A stretch of 64,000 bases of DNA from Octopus sinensis (GCF_006345805.1 NC_042997.1:124000001-124064000); one strand, 5' to 3'; shown: positions 41,031 through 56,532, counted from the stretch's first letter. The notes: generated by a model not told the origin, from the sequence alone. Program-made: numbers and translations.

Positions 41031-42164
41031 CATGCGTGTGTGTGCCTAGTTGTCTGTGCGCGTATGTGTGCGTGTGCGCGGACATTCTAGGTGCATGTCT
41101 ACAGCTAAGCCGTAGAAACAATCTGAAATATATATATATCTTCGATGACATTTTCAGACATGTTCGTGATTCAAACAGTCAGATGTTCATAGAAATATAT
41201 GGGCGTGTGATCTCTTATCAACAGAACATGAAGAAATTACTATCAGAATTTTAGAATACATACATTGTTGTGCAGAATCTAGCAGTGAGCAGAAACAATG
41301 CATCAAGAACACGCCTGCACTCAAATTACAGACGTGTTATTAGTACAGAAGTTTGGGAAATAGACAAAGTCCTCCATAGATGGCATATGTAACTATTGGA
41401 AATGAAGGACTAAAGTAACCTCAAACAGGTTAACATGACAGAAAGCTTGTAACATATAGGTCTCTAAAAGCACACAAGGACAAAGTATTCGGTGTAACAT
41501 TAGATGATTGATTCAGTTAATCACGGAAGACGGTCACGATAAGGACAATCCTGTAGGTTAACTTGTTCGTCGTTCTGACAGGTCCAGCAAATGAAAGACC
41601 TCAATTCCGACTGAATGATATTTGACCTAGGAATGATTTGAATTAAAAAAATCAGTGATGCGGATCAAATATAATGAGACATCTTATGTGGTGCTGTAAC
41701 TATCCTGCATCTGGACAACATAGATATAAGCGTTGCGCATTATGCTCAAATATGCAACACATTAATTTAAAATATTCTTTAATGCATTCCTTCTAAATGA
41801 GTGTATTTTATTCCGTTCGAATATTCTAACTACTTTAACTGAGTAATTGTACATTCTGAAAGTGTTATACAATCCGCTTGGTGTATTATACCGGATAGCA
41901 TAAAAAAATTCATTGACCATATCTTGTAAATTTTAGACATATTCAATGACCGTGACTTGTGAATTTGAGATATATTGATTAAGTCATTTTTATCATTGAC
42001 CATGTCTTGTGAGTTTTATATATATGCAATGATGAATGTATTCATACACATCTCTATTATCCATCTCGTTCATGGAATGAATGAATGTATAAGGTTAACT
42101 TCGGTTTAGCATTTTTTTTTATTAACGTTTTGGATTTTTCAATCTTAGTTACAGATTTTTTAAA

Positions 42165-42626
42165 TAATTATTTTCAACTAAACAGTTTGAAACTTTGAAT
42201 ACTGGTTGAATATGTCATGTAGAACACGGTTTACTTTTAGCGTGTTTGATAAAATTTTGTATTTTAGAAGTTATTTCATGTTAAATTTGTCGTATTTGTG
42301 TGATTTTAACCAATCAACGACGTGTAATCAGCTGAAGAAAGTTACTGCTGTTTGCGATAGTAATGGAAGGGCACACATGTAAATTTTAGAACACTGAGGA
42401 TAGCTTTAATGAGGTGGGGATTGTGAAGTTGACGACAATTGTTCATGTAGCGTTTCTGCTGTCTATCACACATACACACACATTAACATGTAAAGCTGAT
42501 AAAACCCTGAATGGAAGCAAGGAAAAGGACGGGTTAAATAAATTAATATGCAGTGGTAGGGGATTGGTAAGTTTATATAAGCTGTCGTTCAGATCGTCAA
42601 CACACCACCACTCTCTCCATTCTCCC

Positions 42627-42662
<36 letters not shown>

Positions 42663-43340
42663 ATGATTTGTCACGTTAAAAATGTCAAGCACAATCACTG
42701 AACGAATTAACTGAAATCCACGATTAAAACATGTACATTTGTGTGTATGTACATGTATGTATGTATGTATACATGCATGTATTTATGTATGTGTATGTGT
42801 GCATATATGTATGTATGTATGCGTGTATGTATGCATGTATGTATCTGTGTATGTATGTGTGCATGTATGCATGTATGAATGTGTGTGTGAGAAAAACGTT
42901 ATAGTTGCTTGAACTGCTGGAAATAACAGCCAAATCTCTCTCAAATGTCACACGCTAACATTATATAAACGAGACGACACATTGGATAAGACAGAAAAAA
43001 TACACACGCACCCACACACGTATGTATTCCCTATAGATGAACTTTTTGTTTTTCTCACCCACCTTTCTTATTTTTTATACTTTTCTCCCACCTCTCTCAC
43101 TCTCTCTCTCTCTCTCTCCTTCATGACCCGATGTCCCAGAAGCTGTTGCTCTTCCATTACTTTCGCAAACGGCAGTAACTTTCTTCAGCTGAATACACAT
43201 CATTGATTTGTTAAAATTACCCAAATACGACAATTTTAACACGAAATAAATTTTGTCAAAAACGTTAAGAGTAAACCGTATTCTACGTGACACATTCAAC
43301 CAGCATCTAAAGTTTCAAACTGCTTAGTTAAAAAAAAATT
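42165..43340. mobile_element. Non-autonomous DNA transposon / fold-back element with ~200-bp TIRs
   Basis: 42165-42375 is the reverse complement of 43145-43340 (e.g. CAGCTGAAGAAAGTTACTGC / GCAGTAACTTTCTTCAGCTG; GTTTGAAACTTT / AAAGTTTCAAAC). Confidence 0.78.
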
Positions 43341-43578
43341 AACTAAAAGATCCATCGCTTTTAACAGCTAAAATTCTTTTAGACGTTCAGTTAAACTTTC
43401 ATCACTACTGATTACCTTGATAATATGGTGTTGACGTAAATGTTCGTATGTATCATAAATTTTAATAGAATTAATCGGTTATATATATAGTTGACATATA
43501 ATTCACAAATACCGAATGTTCCGACATACACATATTTCTATATTTATCTACACACACACGCACACACACTCACACACA

Positions 43579-43637
<59 letters not shown>

Positions 43638-44001
43638 CTTTATACATATGTATACTATACACCGATGCCCACGCATACAGACACAGATATATATGTAGAA
43701 ACATATTTAAGAGCGCAATACACTTGAAGATAGATAATCATAGCTTTTTAAGTGAGGACAATCTCAATACTCGACTCAATCATGTGACTTGCAATTGGTG
43801 TGTACCGAGACACCATGTCTCGGTGTATAGCGAGGAAACATATCTGAAAATACAATTCTGAATTCTTACTGTCAACTAAACTTTATATTTTGAGAATATT
43901 TTCAAAATACTTCTATTTCCTATCATCTATTTTTACACCCTCCGTTATGTTGAATGTCTGTGAAGTACAACGCGTTTTGAGTAGTAGATTTTCGAGAATA
44001 T

Positions 44002-44366
44002 GCGTAGGTGTGGCTGTGTGGTAAGTAGCTTGCTTACGAACCACATGGTTCCGGGTTCAGTCGCACTGCGTGGTACGTTGGACAAGTGTCTTCTACTATA
44101 ACCTCGGGCCGACCAAAGCCTTGTGAATGGAATTGGTAGACGGGCGTGTATATGTGTGTGTGTCTGTGTTTGTCCCCCAACATCGCTTGGCAACCAATGC
44201 TGGTGTGTTTACGTCCCCGTAAGTTAGCGGTTCGGCAAAAGGGACCGATAGAATAAGTACTAGGCTTACAAAGAATAAGTCCTGGGGTCGATTTGCTCGA
44301 CTAAAATGCGGTACTCCAGCATGGCCACAGTCAAATGACTGAAACAAGTAAAAGAGTAAAGAGTAA
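44002..44366 (+). mobile_element. SINE family 1 (short internal deletion)
   Basis: GTGGCTGTGTGGTAAGTAGCTTGCTT head through the GTAAAAGAGT tail. Confidence 0.92.
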
Positions 44367-45266
44367 TATTTGGCATTTCTCTTAGATAGATAATATGAGT
44401 GCTACTGAGATCTTTGAAAATGTAAGCCATGAAAAATTTTCTTTTCCGAGTGAAAGAAATGGAAGTGGGAACGATATTCACTTGGCACGGAATGTTAAAT
44501 ATATTCTAAAATATGAAGGTCTTTGTTCTGAGTAAAAACCCCGAATATGAAATACTGATTTGCATTTAATATGACACCAATTCACAAACAATTTCACTCA
44601 ATGCATCTGTTCATTTAGAAAAAGATAGCATCGAAGAGACAAAACTAAATGTGCAAATGAAGGACACGCATAAATATCAATAATCTTTCAAATTTGATTG
44701 AGATTTTGTCTCTATGGAGGGTCATGATAGCCAATGGTGTGTACACGCACCAAAGTAAAGCAGATAATAAAACAACACCAACAACATTCGTCATATAGGT
44801 GAATACTTGCTTGGAGTAAGAGAAAATTGCGTCGTAGTACTTGGTCAAAGCTTATCACCAAGTTTACCATTAGTCGTTTCGGAATCATTTAAATACGTAG
44901 ATGTCAAGCACTCTGCTATCAACTACCAACTCCACGTAGAATTGTACCTAGGTCGGTGACATTTATTTAAAAACGAACCATGTGAATCGTTAGAACGTTA
45001 GGAAAATGCTTTTGAGATAGCTTTTCCGGCTCATTAAATTCTGAATTTAGATTCCACCGATATCAATTTCGCCTTTCAACATTTTGGATCGATAAAATAT
45101 AGTACCTTTGAAGAAATGAGGTCAATTTTATCGACTATCGTCTTCCACCCGAACTGTTGGATTTGTGCTTAGTGTAGATACAATCTTTTTTAAAGAAACT
45201 TGGAAAAGAAAATTTAAGAAACATTTAATGCATCTTAGAAATACAGTCAATACAAACATAAATACA

Positions 45267-45426
45267 CGTAGGAGTGGCTGTGTGGTAAATAGCTTGCTTA
45301 CCAGCCACATGGTTCCGGGTTCAGTCCCACTGTATGGCACCTTGGGCAAGTGTCTTCTACTATAGCATCGGGCCGACCAATGCCTTCTGAGTGGATTTGG
45401 TGGACGGAAACTGAAAGAAGCCCGTC

Positions 45427-45500
<74 letters not shown>

Positions 45501-45720
45501 ATGTGTGTGTAAATTTTTTAGTGGCTGTGCTTGTCCCCCACCAGCATCGCTTGACATCCGATGCTGGTGTGTTTACGTCCCCATAACTTAGCAGTTCGGC
45601 ATAATAGACCAATAGAATAAGTACTAAGCTTATAAAGAATAAGTCCTAGGGTGGATTTGCTCGACTAAAGGCAGTGTTCCAGCATGGCCGCAATCAAATG
45701 ACTGAAACAAGTAAAAGAGT
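45267..45720 (+). mobile_element. SINE family 1
   Basis: Complete head, internal (TA)n, tail. Confidence 0.93.
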
Positions 45721-45747
45721 GCGAAACACAGACACACACACACATAT

Positions 45748-45880
45748 CTTTCAGTTTCCGTGTACCAATTACACTCACAAGGCTCCGGTCATCGTGAAGG
45801 TATAGTAGAAGACACTAGCCCAAGGTGCCACGCAGTTGGACTGGGATCGGGAAGCAATCTTCTTACAACACACCCACGCT
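45748..45880 (-). mobile_element. SINE family 1 head fragment, inverted relative to the preceding copy
   Basis: TCTTTCAGTTTCCG..ACTCACAAGGCT..CCCAAGGTGCCACGCAG. Confidence 0.8.
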
Positions 45881-45967
45881 TAGCCGAAACTTCGGAGTCG
45901 TGTTCACCTTAACATTATAAATAAATGTGATAAGTGTGCACGCTATTGAAAGTGAAGCATAACACTT

Positions 45968-46095
<128 letters not shown>

Positions 46096-46113
46096 ATATG
46101 TATATATATATAT

Positions 46114-46410
<297 letters not shown>

Positions 46411-47009
46411 ATGTGTAACGTAATAGCTTAGAAAAAAAACATTCGTTTCATATCTATAGTGAGAGAGGGAGAGATAAATAGATACTTGCTTACATACGAT
46501 GTATGTGAGTGCCTATGTCTAAATATTTATGAATGCGAGTGTATCTGCATAACATGTAGCTTCATTTCCAGTCGTGGCTGTTGTTTCGTTACTCTGTCCA
46601 GTAGTTATGGCTTGAGTTGTCATATTGCTATCGTATTTTATATTCTCATCCTTCCCTTTTGCGTCGTCAGGCAGTCTGGTTTTCGTTTGCCGTAGATTAT
46701 TTTTATTCTTCTCTCTTCTTTTTAATGCTTGTCAAGTGGTTTGCAATTTGTGCTTCGAATATCCTCTGAGCAAATACTTATGTATTATTTTTTCTCGCCA
46801 ATTCATGATAGTCGCTACTTCGCTTGTTTAAAGCAGAAGCTAGCTTGCCATCTTGTCATCTGTTTTTCTCCTCATCTCGTCCCATTTTTCCTTTCTTCCT
46901 AATCATTACCATCAACATCGTCAACAAGTCAGTATATAGCATCTCTCTACATAGTATACATGTATACAAACTCATACAAACAATTAGACATACATCATTT
47001 ATGTATGTA

Positions 47010-47061
<52 letters not shown>

Positions 47062-47064
<3 letters not shown>

Positions 47065-47275
47065 AGACGCGTGGCTTAGTGGTTAGGGTGCTCATAGTTG
47101 TAAGATTGTGGTTTCGATTCCTGGACCGGGCGATGCGTTGTGTTCCTGAGCAAAACACTTCTTTTCACGTTGCTCTAGTCCACTCAGGTGGCAAAAATGA
47201 GTAATCCTGCGACGGATCAGCATCCCGTCAATGTGGTGAATTTACACGCCACTGAAACCGGGAAACTGGCCCTTA
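47062..47275 (+). mobile_element. tRNA-derived SINE family 4
   Basis: A-box TGGCTTAGTGG, B-box GGTTTCGATTCC; central part like family 3, 3' part like the 16491 copy. Confidence 0.8.
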
Positions 47276-47499
47276 TATATATTAACAAATTAAACAACAG
47301 GATGTGCGGAGCGCCGCATGGATAACTCAAAAGTATGACAGAAAGAACACAACAATCGGAAACCAACAAACACAACATACAGAAAATTGATGACGGCACG
47401 ACGAACGGCAAACAGGACGAAAACAAAATTCACAGATCATTCGCAGCCGATTATCTCATCAGTCGGTATCCAGAAAGTCTTTGTAGTTTCGCTCCCCGT

Positions 47500-48085
47500 A
47501 TAAATGTTCTCGCTGGCGATGTAATACATGCCCCTACACCAACAATATTACAACCAAGAAGCAATATCACGTAACACACCAGTTCTGTTGCACGTCAGCG
47601 AATCTCATATTTCGCATCATAAGCAATCGATGTGGTACTCTTTGTATTGGAGAAGCAGAACGACGCCTTGGGGATCGCTTTAACGAACACATCAGAAGCA
47701 TAATGCCACGTATGCCAGGTCAATCTAACACCACCTACTTCAATACTGTGAATCATTCTATTGCAGATTTATCGGTTTGTGACAAGGCCTTGCACAACGG
47801 ACACCCTTCTCTAGGAAACGAAAAGCGTATTTACTTACCTCTACTCTCTCCATCACCCTTTTCCTCCGCCTTTCTGCACTCTCTCTCGTATAACTTCTGT
47901 TTCACGTTAGCAACCCGTGTTATTCTGTTTCCATTACCAGTTGCAACCAGTTTTTCCTGCCGAGAGGATGTAAACGGTGTTTGTCTTCTTCAACTTCTCT
48001 AGTTCTCTGCCCCGTGTTGAAGTATTGAATCTGAAACGTTGGATATTCCACTCCTAACAGCAAGTTCACTGTACCCCTTTCACTT
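47500..48085 (+). mobile_element. Neptune-type PLE 3' fragment: Cys linker + GIY-YIG endonuclease + terminal repeat remnant
   Basis: KCSRWRCNTCPY, FCCTSANLIFRIISNRCGTLCIGEAERRLGDRFNEHIRSI..YFNTVNHSIADLSV; downstream GAAACGTTGGA HHR-like remnant; ends at microsatellite. Confidence 0.85.
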
Positions 48086-48159
48086 TTTATACACACACAC
48101 GCACATATGTATGCATGTACGTATATATGTATGTGTGTTTGTATATATATATGTGTGTG

Positions 48160-49010
<851 letters not shown>

Positions 49011-50125
49011 ACAATTATATATATATATTACTTGTTTCAGTCAATGATTTATCTCAACAATTCCGTCGCCAGCATGTTTTTTATATATTTGTTACAGGAA
49101 CAAGTACCAGATAGCGAATGCTTTTCTTCCACTACTTGGCTATGGGGAGAACAAGGAACCTATTACCAGTTTATCAAGTGGTGTTAGGGACAAGAACAAA
49201 CATAATATAAATGCATAATATTATATATACATACACATACACACACACACGCACACACACACGCATACACACACATGTAACATACTGTTCCGTGATAGAA
49301 AATTCAACAAATAAGTACTCCATCTGGAGAGAGATAAATTTTATTTATTTGAAGGATAAGATACATGTCTTTAATTGCTAGTAATAGTTTCATATTTTAA
49401 GAAATATCTCAAACATATTCAGCTGGAACAAACCACATATCATAACGAGGTAAAATATTGAATAAGAGAAGAGACGCGAAAAAAAAATGAGAAGGCAGCT
49501 TATAGAAAACGTAGAGGGTTAAAAATTAAAGAAAAGGAAAGGATAAGCGGAAAACAAAAAAAAAAAAAGGGAAAACGAAAACACAAAAAACTAAAATGTA
49601 AAAAGATAAAAAGTAAAAAAGGGAAAAGAATTATCCCACTTAGACCCTAAATTATACGGCTGGAAAGATATCAACAAGTTAATCAGGAATATGCGAAATT
49701 TTCCAATACTTCAAAGTATATTCAAACCTATGTTTGCAACCGCTGAAAATTTCAGATCTAGAGTTCATAAAGACAGTGATTTTAGATCTGAACAGAATCT
49801 GCGCTCTTTCAGTTAAAAAGAAAAATCTACATTTATTCCATCTATTAACATTGAATTTCTCAAAATTCTTCGACTTAATTACATGTGGTGTTTCGTCGTC
49901 ATCATTCGAACTCCATAGTAGCATATAGGTGGGAGGGGAGTGCGCGCGTGTATGTGTCTGTCTGACTCTCTGTCTGTGTATACACAACGGTATTCTACAC
50001 ATTTTGCGTCAGTAAATTCACTCACAAGGCCTGAGGATATAGATATTTCCCCAAGCAATACAACACTGGGGCTTGCACGAAAACTGTTTGAAAATTGCGT
50101 AACTGCGTGTCCACCTATATATGTA

Positions 50126-50162
<37 letters not shown>

Positions 50163-50250
50163 ACACACACACATATATATATAGTTGCATATATATATAC
50201 GCATATACATATGCTATTGTAAATGTATATACACACACACACACACACAT

Positions 50251-50343
<93 letters not shown>

Positions 50344-50419
50344 TAGTGCGGTGAATAAACTGTCGTCTAAATTATGCAAAAAAGAAAATAACATTGACAT
50401 CTCATTTTAACAGATATAT

Positions 50420-50860
50420 TTATCAAAATTATAGAAAAATATTTTGAAATACAAGAGAGTAAATTTATTCAATAAAATCGCCAATGTCTTTAACCAGACA
50501 ACTGCGAAATCTCCTGCAACTCTTCTGGGCGGTTTCTTTCTTTAAGTCGGTGAATGCTGCCATAATCATTGCTTTAATTTCATCTTTAGTGTTACAGGGA
50601 GATTTGTTGGTCTCTCGCTCCTTTGTGTCCTACGCATAGTAATCAATGAAGTATTAGGCTGGGGAGTTAGGTGGCCAGATGTTAGGGATGATGTGATCGC
50701 AGAAATTGTCTGACATCCATGATTGAATTTTCCTCTTTTTGTGGCATTGTTCAGAGTCCTCTTGCCAGACATAGGGTCTTCCAGCAGCCACCCTTTTGAC
50801 CTAGGGCAACACTACTTCCTCCAGGCACTTGATGTAGGCCTCCCTGTTGAATCTGAGTCA
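50420..50860 (-). mobile_element. maT-like (DD37D) Tc1/mariner transposase C-terminal fragment
   Basis: AYIKCLEEVVLP, GRPYVWQEDSEQCH...WPPNSPA*YFIDY (37 residues between the 2nd and 3rd D), GDFIE*. Confidence 0.82.
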
Positions 50861-51246
50861 CTTCCACTACTACTACAGCCAATGAACTGCTGCAACTCCA
50901 ACCAACCTCCACCACGGTCACTACTACTACGACCAAAAGTCACTCCTACTACTGCAATTTCGGCCACTGGTCATTTCTATCCTTACAGCCAACGAATCTA
51001 GTTAACACACAAGACAGCTACTATGATCCCCCTACAAAAAACCACCATGTGGAATCTGTTGAGACTAGTAAGAAACAATTATGAACTTTTTTATTACACT
51101 TAACTTTCAAAACTATTTTTGATATGGTTCGTTTTTCCAAGAAGAACCGAAACATATAAAATTAAAATTCATCTTATATAGTGGCGTTTTCAAACTTCTT
51201 TTTTATAAATATGTACCCACTGGTATGCCACCTACACTTATTATAA

Positions 51247-51346
<100 letters not shown>

Positions 51347-51348
51347 AT

Positions 51349-51662
51349 ACAAAATGGGACAAGAACGCAAAACATCCGGCCAGTTAGGTGAAGAAAACAA
51401 GAACGGGTCATTCGAAGCCCTCTGTCCAGAGTTTAGCACCAGATTATCTTCGCAATTTCGGCTAATTATTCTTGAGATTGCTCCAATCTGGCCAGCCCCA
51501 AGGAAAGACTTGAGCATTAGATTCCTTGGAAGAAAGCATCGGATATATACAAAAACAAGGACGGAAAAAATGGACAATTACCCAAATATAAATACCATAA
51601 AAATAATAACAGGACATAACAACAGGTGCCTTTCGACTAAGGACGAATTGAATTAAGCTGGC
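51349..51662 (-). mobile_element. Short repeat family B (longer copy) between microsatellites
   Basis: Shares terminal sequence with 20631-20775. Confidence 0.6.
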
Positions 51663-52679
51663 GCGTATATATATGCCCCTATTCTCGTCACTTCGGTTCC
51701 CTCCAAATTGTCTGCATCTAACATCCTTTTTTGCCTATTGTTTGATGCATGCATTCTGTTTTTACTCATTCTATACCTTCATATCATCCTGTTTCTCCAA
51801 ACCGCTGTGCTTGTCCCATGCCTTCTAATTTCCCATTCATCTCTTCTACTCTCACTGTCATATCAACCGTGATTGTGAGGAAATTATTGATTATGTCTAT
51901 TAGGTATCTCTTTATCTCATACCTCTTCCATTTTCTGTATCCTGTTATATTTCCCTTTCACTTCCCACGTCAAGTGCTTCAGAGTAGCGGGAATGCATAC
52001 TTTTTCTCCGATCCTCTTACAACGTTTGGGTCACCCATTCGGTGTAAATGTACAAGATAATAACAAAAGAGCTGGCTCCATGAAGCGTACAGCGTACGCT
52101 CTGCAGTGTTTGGATATCATTACAAATATTGGCAACGTAGGGATTGAGAGGGATTTTTTTGTCCTGATGAAAATGAACAAAACCTATGGTGATGGTGTCA
52201 CGATAAAATGCATTCAGAATATTTAGTAAAGAGGTTGCTAAGAAGGACAATAGAGGAAGACGAGACTCTCTCACACACTGAATCGTATAAAAAAGGGGAC
52301 ATAAAATTATGATGATGATGATGATGATGATGATGACGACGACGACAATGATGGCAGGATGGCTTCAAACATGATGATGATAACATTGATGATGAGGATG
52401 TAATGCCCTTTGATGATTAAATTCGCAGTAACTGAAGTTTATCAACTCCAATAAAACTGTGGACACATGTATTTATCATCTACGTCACTCTCTCCCTCTT
52501 TCTTCTTTAGCCTCCCTCTCTCTCCCTCTTCCTTTCTCTCTCTCTCTCTCTCTCTCTCCCTAGATACATAGAGTTATGTATGTGTGTGTGCGTATGCGTG
52601 CCTGCGCTCTCGCTCGTGTATGTATGTTTATATGTATGCATATACATATATATAGTCATCAAAGGATTTCAAAAGCAAC

Positions 52680-53520
52680 CGCTGCTTTCAGCAATCTTGA
52701 TTAACAAGTGTGGAACGACAGCCGAATCACACTTAACCCGAAGCATTCCTATATAGGAGGTGTGTTTTAAGCTGCCTACTGAATGCTTCAGAAACATGGA
52801 CCACATACCGTCAAACTTTTTAAGGCACATACTGAGGATAAAATAGCAAACAAAGACCACGACACCATACCTCAAGGAAACGCTTATATGCACCACATTG
52901 AAACAATCATTATTAGTATTCTTGAGGCAGGGATTCCAAACCAAGATCTTTAAGGCGAACTAGCTCTAAATAAGCGCCCGCAGCATTAATCCAACAAGAG
53001 ATGTAGAAATGTAATGAAAGATAACCTGAAACTTTTGAACATAGAAAATAAAGATTGGGAAATATTTGTAGTTGACCGAATGAATTGGCGTGGTACAGTC
53101 AAAAAAGTTTGTGAAAGATTTGAAATTATCAGGATTTAGTTTGCAAAATTGAAACGGATTATTCGAAATCTGGAATGACTGGTTATACATTTTTTAGGGA
53201 GGAATCATGCGCGTTCATTGGTTTAGTTAGTCATGAGCGGTCACATAGCATTGGATAAAATGAGGACTAATACGTACCTTCCATGTACAAATCAAAAATT
53301 ATGTACCTTCCAAGTACATGTACCTTCCAAACACAAAACAAAACACGTGCCCACATTGAAGCAATGGTCTTAAGCTTATTGGGGCCCTGAAGAGGAATAT
53401 ATGAAAATTCACCCGCACGGCTAGTCGAAAATCCATCAAAGATTTTCCAAATTCGCATGAAAGAATGCGGAACATGGTCTGTTTGCTCAAGAATTCGAGG
53501 TGCAGGGTTTAGAGTCAAAT
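52680..53520 (+). mobile_element. Possible heavily decayed PLE ORF fragment
   Basis: EEEYMKIHPHG*SKIH resembles the PLE RT YGLPKIHK region; otherwise weak. Confidence 0.35.
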
Positions 53521-53604
53521 ATTTGAAAGGATATGGCTATCCTCTATCAAGAAGCGGCAAAACCAAATATATAAATATAAATATAAATAAATAAATAAAT
53601 ATAT

Positions 53605-53725
<121 letters not shown>

Positions 53726-53754
53726 TACGCAGTGAGAAAGAGAGAGACAGACAG

Positions 53755-53793
<39 letters not shown>

Positions 53794-53961
53794 TAGACAG
53801 AGAGACAGACTGATAGATAGATATATATATAGAGAGAGAGAGACTGAGATACGAGGTGGGGTGGGATATCTCTATGTGTCTTTATATCTGTGTTTGTCCT
53901 CTACCAGCTCTTGACAACTGATGTTTGTGTGCTTACGTCACCGTAAATTAGCAGACGTCCG

Positions 53962-55470
53962 TTAGTCTGGAGAGACCATGGATCTGCTGTAGCTGTAGAT
54001 GCCCACACGGGTGTTGCGATCTTGCATACAACGATTGCATTTGACGGAGCTCTCTGCCGGTGCTGCTGTTAATTTCTTCTGTTGAATGCGCTTTTCTTTT
54101 GTAGCTAGTTCCTGCTTCTCTGCCCGCCTCTTTCGTAGTATTTGTCTCCAGCCTGAGCGATCATTTGTGACTTCCTCCCATCTCAGGACGTCCAGATCAC
54201 GCAACTTCATATCTTTGATGCAGACGTCGTTGACACGAAGATGAGGTCGTCCTCGTGCTCTTCTACCGGATGTCAATTCACTGTGCAGGAAGTCTTTTGG
54301 GATCCTCTCGTCCGGCATGTGATGTATATGACCAAGCCAGAGCAGACGGCGCTGCTGGAGCAAGGTGAGTATACTGGATGTCTTGGCGCATTTTAGCACT
54401 TCGGTTTCATGATGCGGTCGGTCCACTTGATATCCAAGATGAGTCTCATATTACGAAGGTGGACGACATTGAAACGCTGCTCCCGTCTGGAGTAGAGGCT
54501 CTATTTCTCACTTTCGTGAAATAGCTTACTGAGGACACACGCATTTTAGACAGCAATTTTGGTGTTTGCGGCCAGTTTTCTACTTTTCCAGACTCACGGT
54601 GGGCCTAGCAAAGGTGGAGGGTGCTTGCCCGATTCACCTGCTGTTCTCAGAGCCTAGGAAGAGGACGTCAGAGATGGTAAAGCTGGCAAGGTGAATTCAT
54701 GAACTAACTTGGCTTGAAGTTGTTGATGGTGATGGTGGCGGGAGTTTGCTTGATACCCTGGCCCAGTACTTTCGTCATAATCAGACTCATAGTGACGCTG
54801 AATTCCTGAGAGGCCTTAAAGAGTTAGTCCACGAGGTGCTGCATTTGCTCTTCAGAGTACGCTGTCCGTAATGCATCGTCCGTGAACAGTATTTCCCTGA
54901 TGACTACCTGAAGTACCCTGGAATTTGCTGTTTAGACTCGACAGACAAAACAGGTTACCGCCTGATCTAGTGTGAAGGTAAACACCATTTGTTGATGTTC
55001 CAAAAGCATTTTTCAGCATGACTGCGATGATGTCAAACAGGGTTGGAGCAAGCACAGTCCTGCTTCTTACCACTCAACATGTTGAATCGCTCCGAAAAAG
55101 AGCCATCAATTTGAACGATGCTTTTCATATCCGCGTGAACCGATTGGACAAAACTGAGGAGTTTGGGAGGACATCCAATATTGGCAAGGACTTTGAACAG
55201 GTCGTCTCTACTGACTATGGTCACAATCCTTTATGAGGTTGATGAAGTTGATGAAGTGTGGTTGCCATTGCTCTCGGCACTTCTGTAGCTGGCGAAGAGA
55301 GATCATGTCGATGGTGGAGCCTTCGGATTTCAAACTGCACTGAGATACGGGGTATACTTTCTCACCCATATTCTATACTCTGTTTAGGACCAAGCGAGCA
55401 AAAGCTAGCCCGACGATGATTAACAGCAAGATGCCTGAGTAATTATTGCAGTCGCTCATGTCTTGCGGGA
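53962..55470 (-). mobile_element. RTE-clade LINE fragment
   Basis: LLQQRRLLWLGHIHHMPDERIPKDFLHSEL..GRRARGRPHLR; GCPPKLLSFVQSVH; VLAPTLF. Confidence 0.9.
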
Positions 55471-55508
55471 CTGTTCCTTTTTATATATATATACATATGT
55501 ACAAGACA

Positions 55509-55677
55509 GGCATCGGAGTGGCTCTGTGGTAAGTAGCTTGCTTGCGAACTACATGGTTTCCGGGTTCAGTCCCACTGCGTGGCACCTTGGGAAACTATCT
55601 TCTACTATAGATTCGGGCCGACCAAAGCCTTGTGAGTCGATTTGGTAGACGGAAACTGAAAGAAGCCGTCGTATATA

Positions 55678-55730
<53 letters not shown>

Positions 55731-55780
55731 TATATAAATATAATATATATATATATTATAAATATATATATATATATATA

Positions 55781-55830
<50 letters not shown>

Positions 55831-56030
55831 AAGTTTGTGTGTCTGTGTTTGTCCCCCAACATTGCTTGACATCAGATGGTGTTGTGTTTACGTCCCCATC
55901 ACTAAGCGGTTTGGCATTAGTGACCGAGAGAATAAGTCCTAGGCTTACAAAGAATAAGTCCTGTAGTCGATTTACTCGACTAAATGCGGTGCTCCAGCAT
56001 GGCCGCTGTCAAATGACTGAAACAAGTAAA
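55509..56030 (+). mobile_element. SINE family 1 with expanded internal (TA)n
   Basis: Head, internal microsatellite and tail recognisable. Confidence 0.92.
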
Positions 56031-56532
56031 AAAATATATATAGAGAGAGAGGTAGGAATATAGTGAAAGAAGAATAGAAAGAGTGAGATGTTCTATTGTT
56101 GCATAAACTTATATGTAATATATTTTTCATTTATTTGTGTGGGAAGGTGTATTGAGTTTGAACTTTTCTTTTCTATATGATTGTCGAAACTGGAAAACAA
56201 AGTTAAAAAGACAGAACGGGGAGAACATGATTTTATCTAAAATATATATTAGCGAGGCGATATTAGACTGAGAGACTGTTAGTCGTAAAGAATAAAGCTA
56301 AAACATAAATTATCCAAATTGAATTTGTTGGCATCGTTGAAAGTTATAATTCCGTTAGTCGGTTGAGAATATATATATTGCGATTAAAATATTGCTATAA
56401 CATTTATATTTACACACATACATGCACATAGAAACCTAAATCTTGCGCACATATGCACATATATAAACATAGTGTACACATATTTGTGTGCATGTGTTTA
56501 TAACTGTATAGATATATATATAGAAATACATA

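Noticed and set aside
43801-43830. 12-bp stem hairpin TACCGAGACA-cca-TGTCTCGGTG
   Set aside because: Isolated and too short to assign a function.
44645-44848. Hydrophobic 67-aa minus-strand ORF
   Set aside because: No homology recognised and no clear splice or start context.
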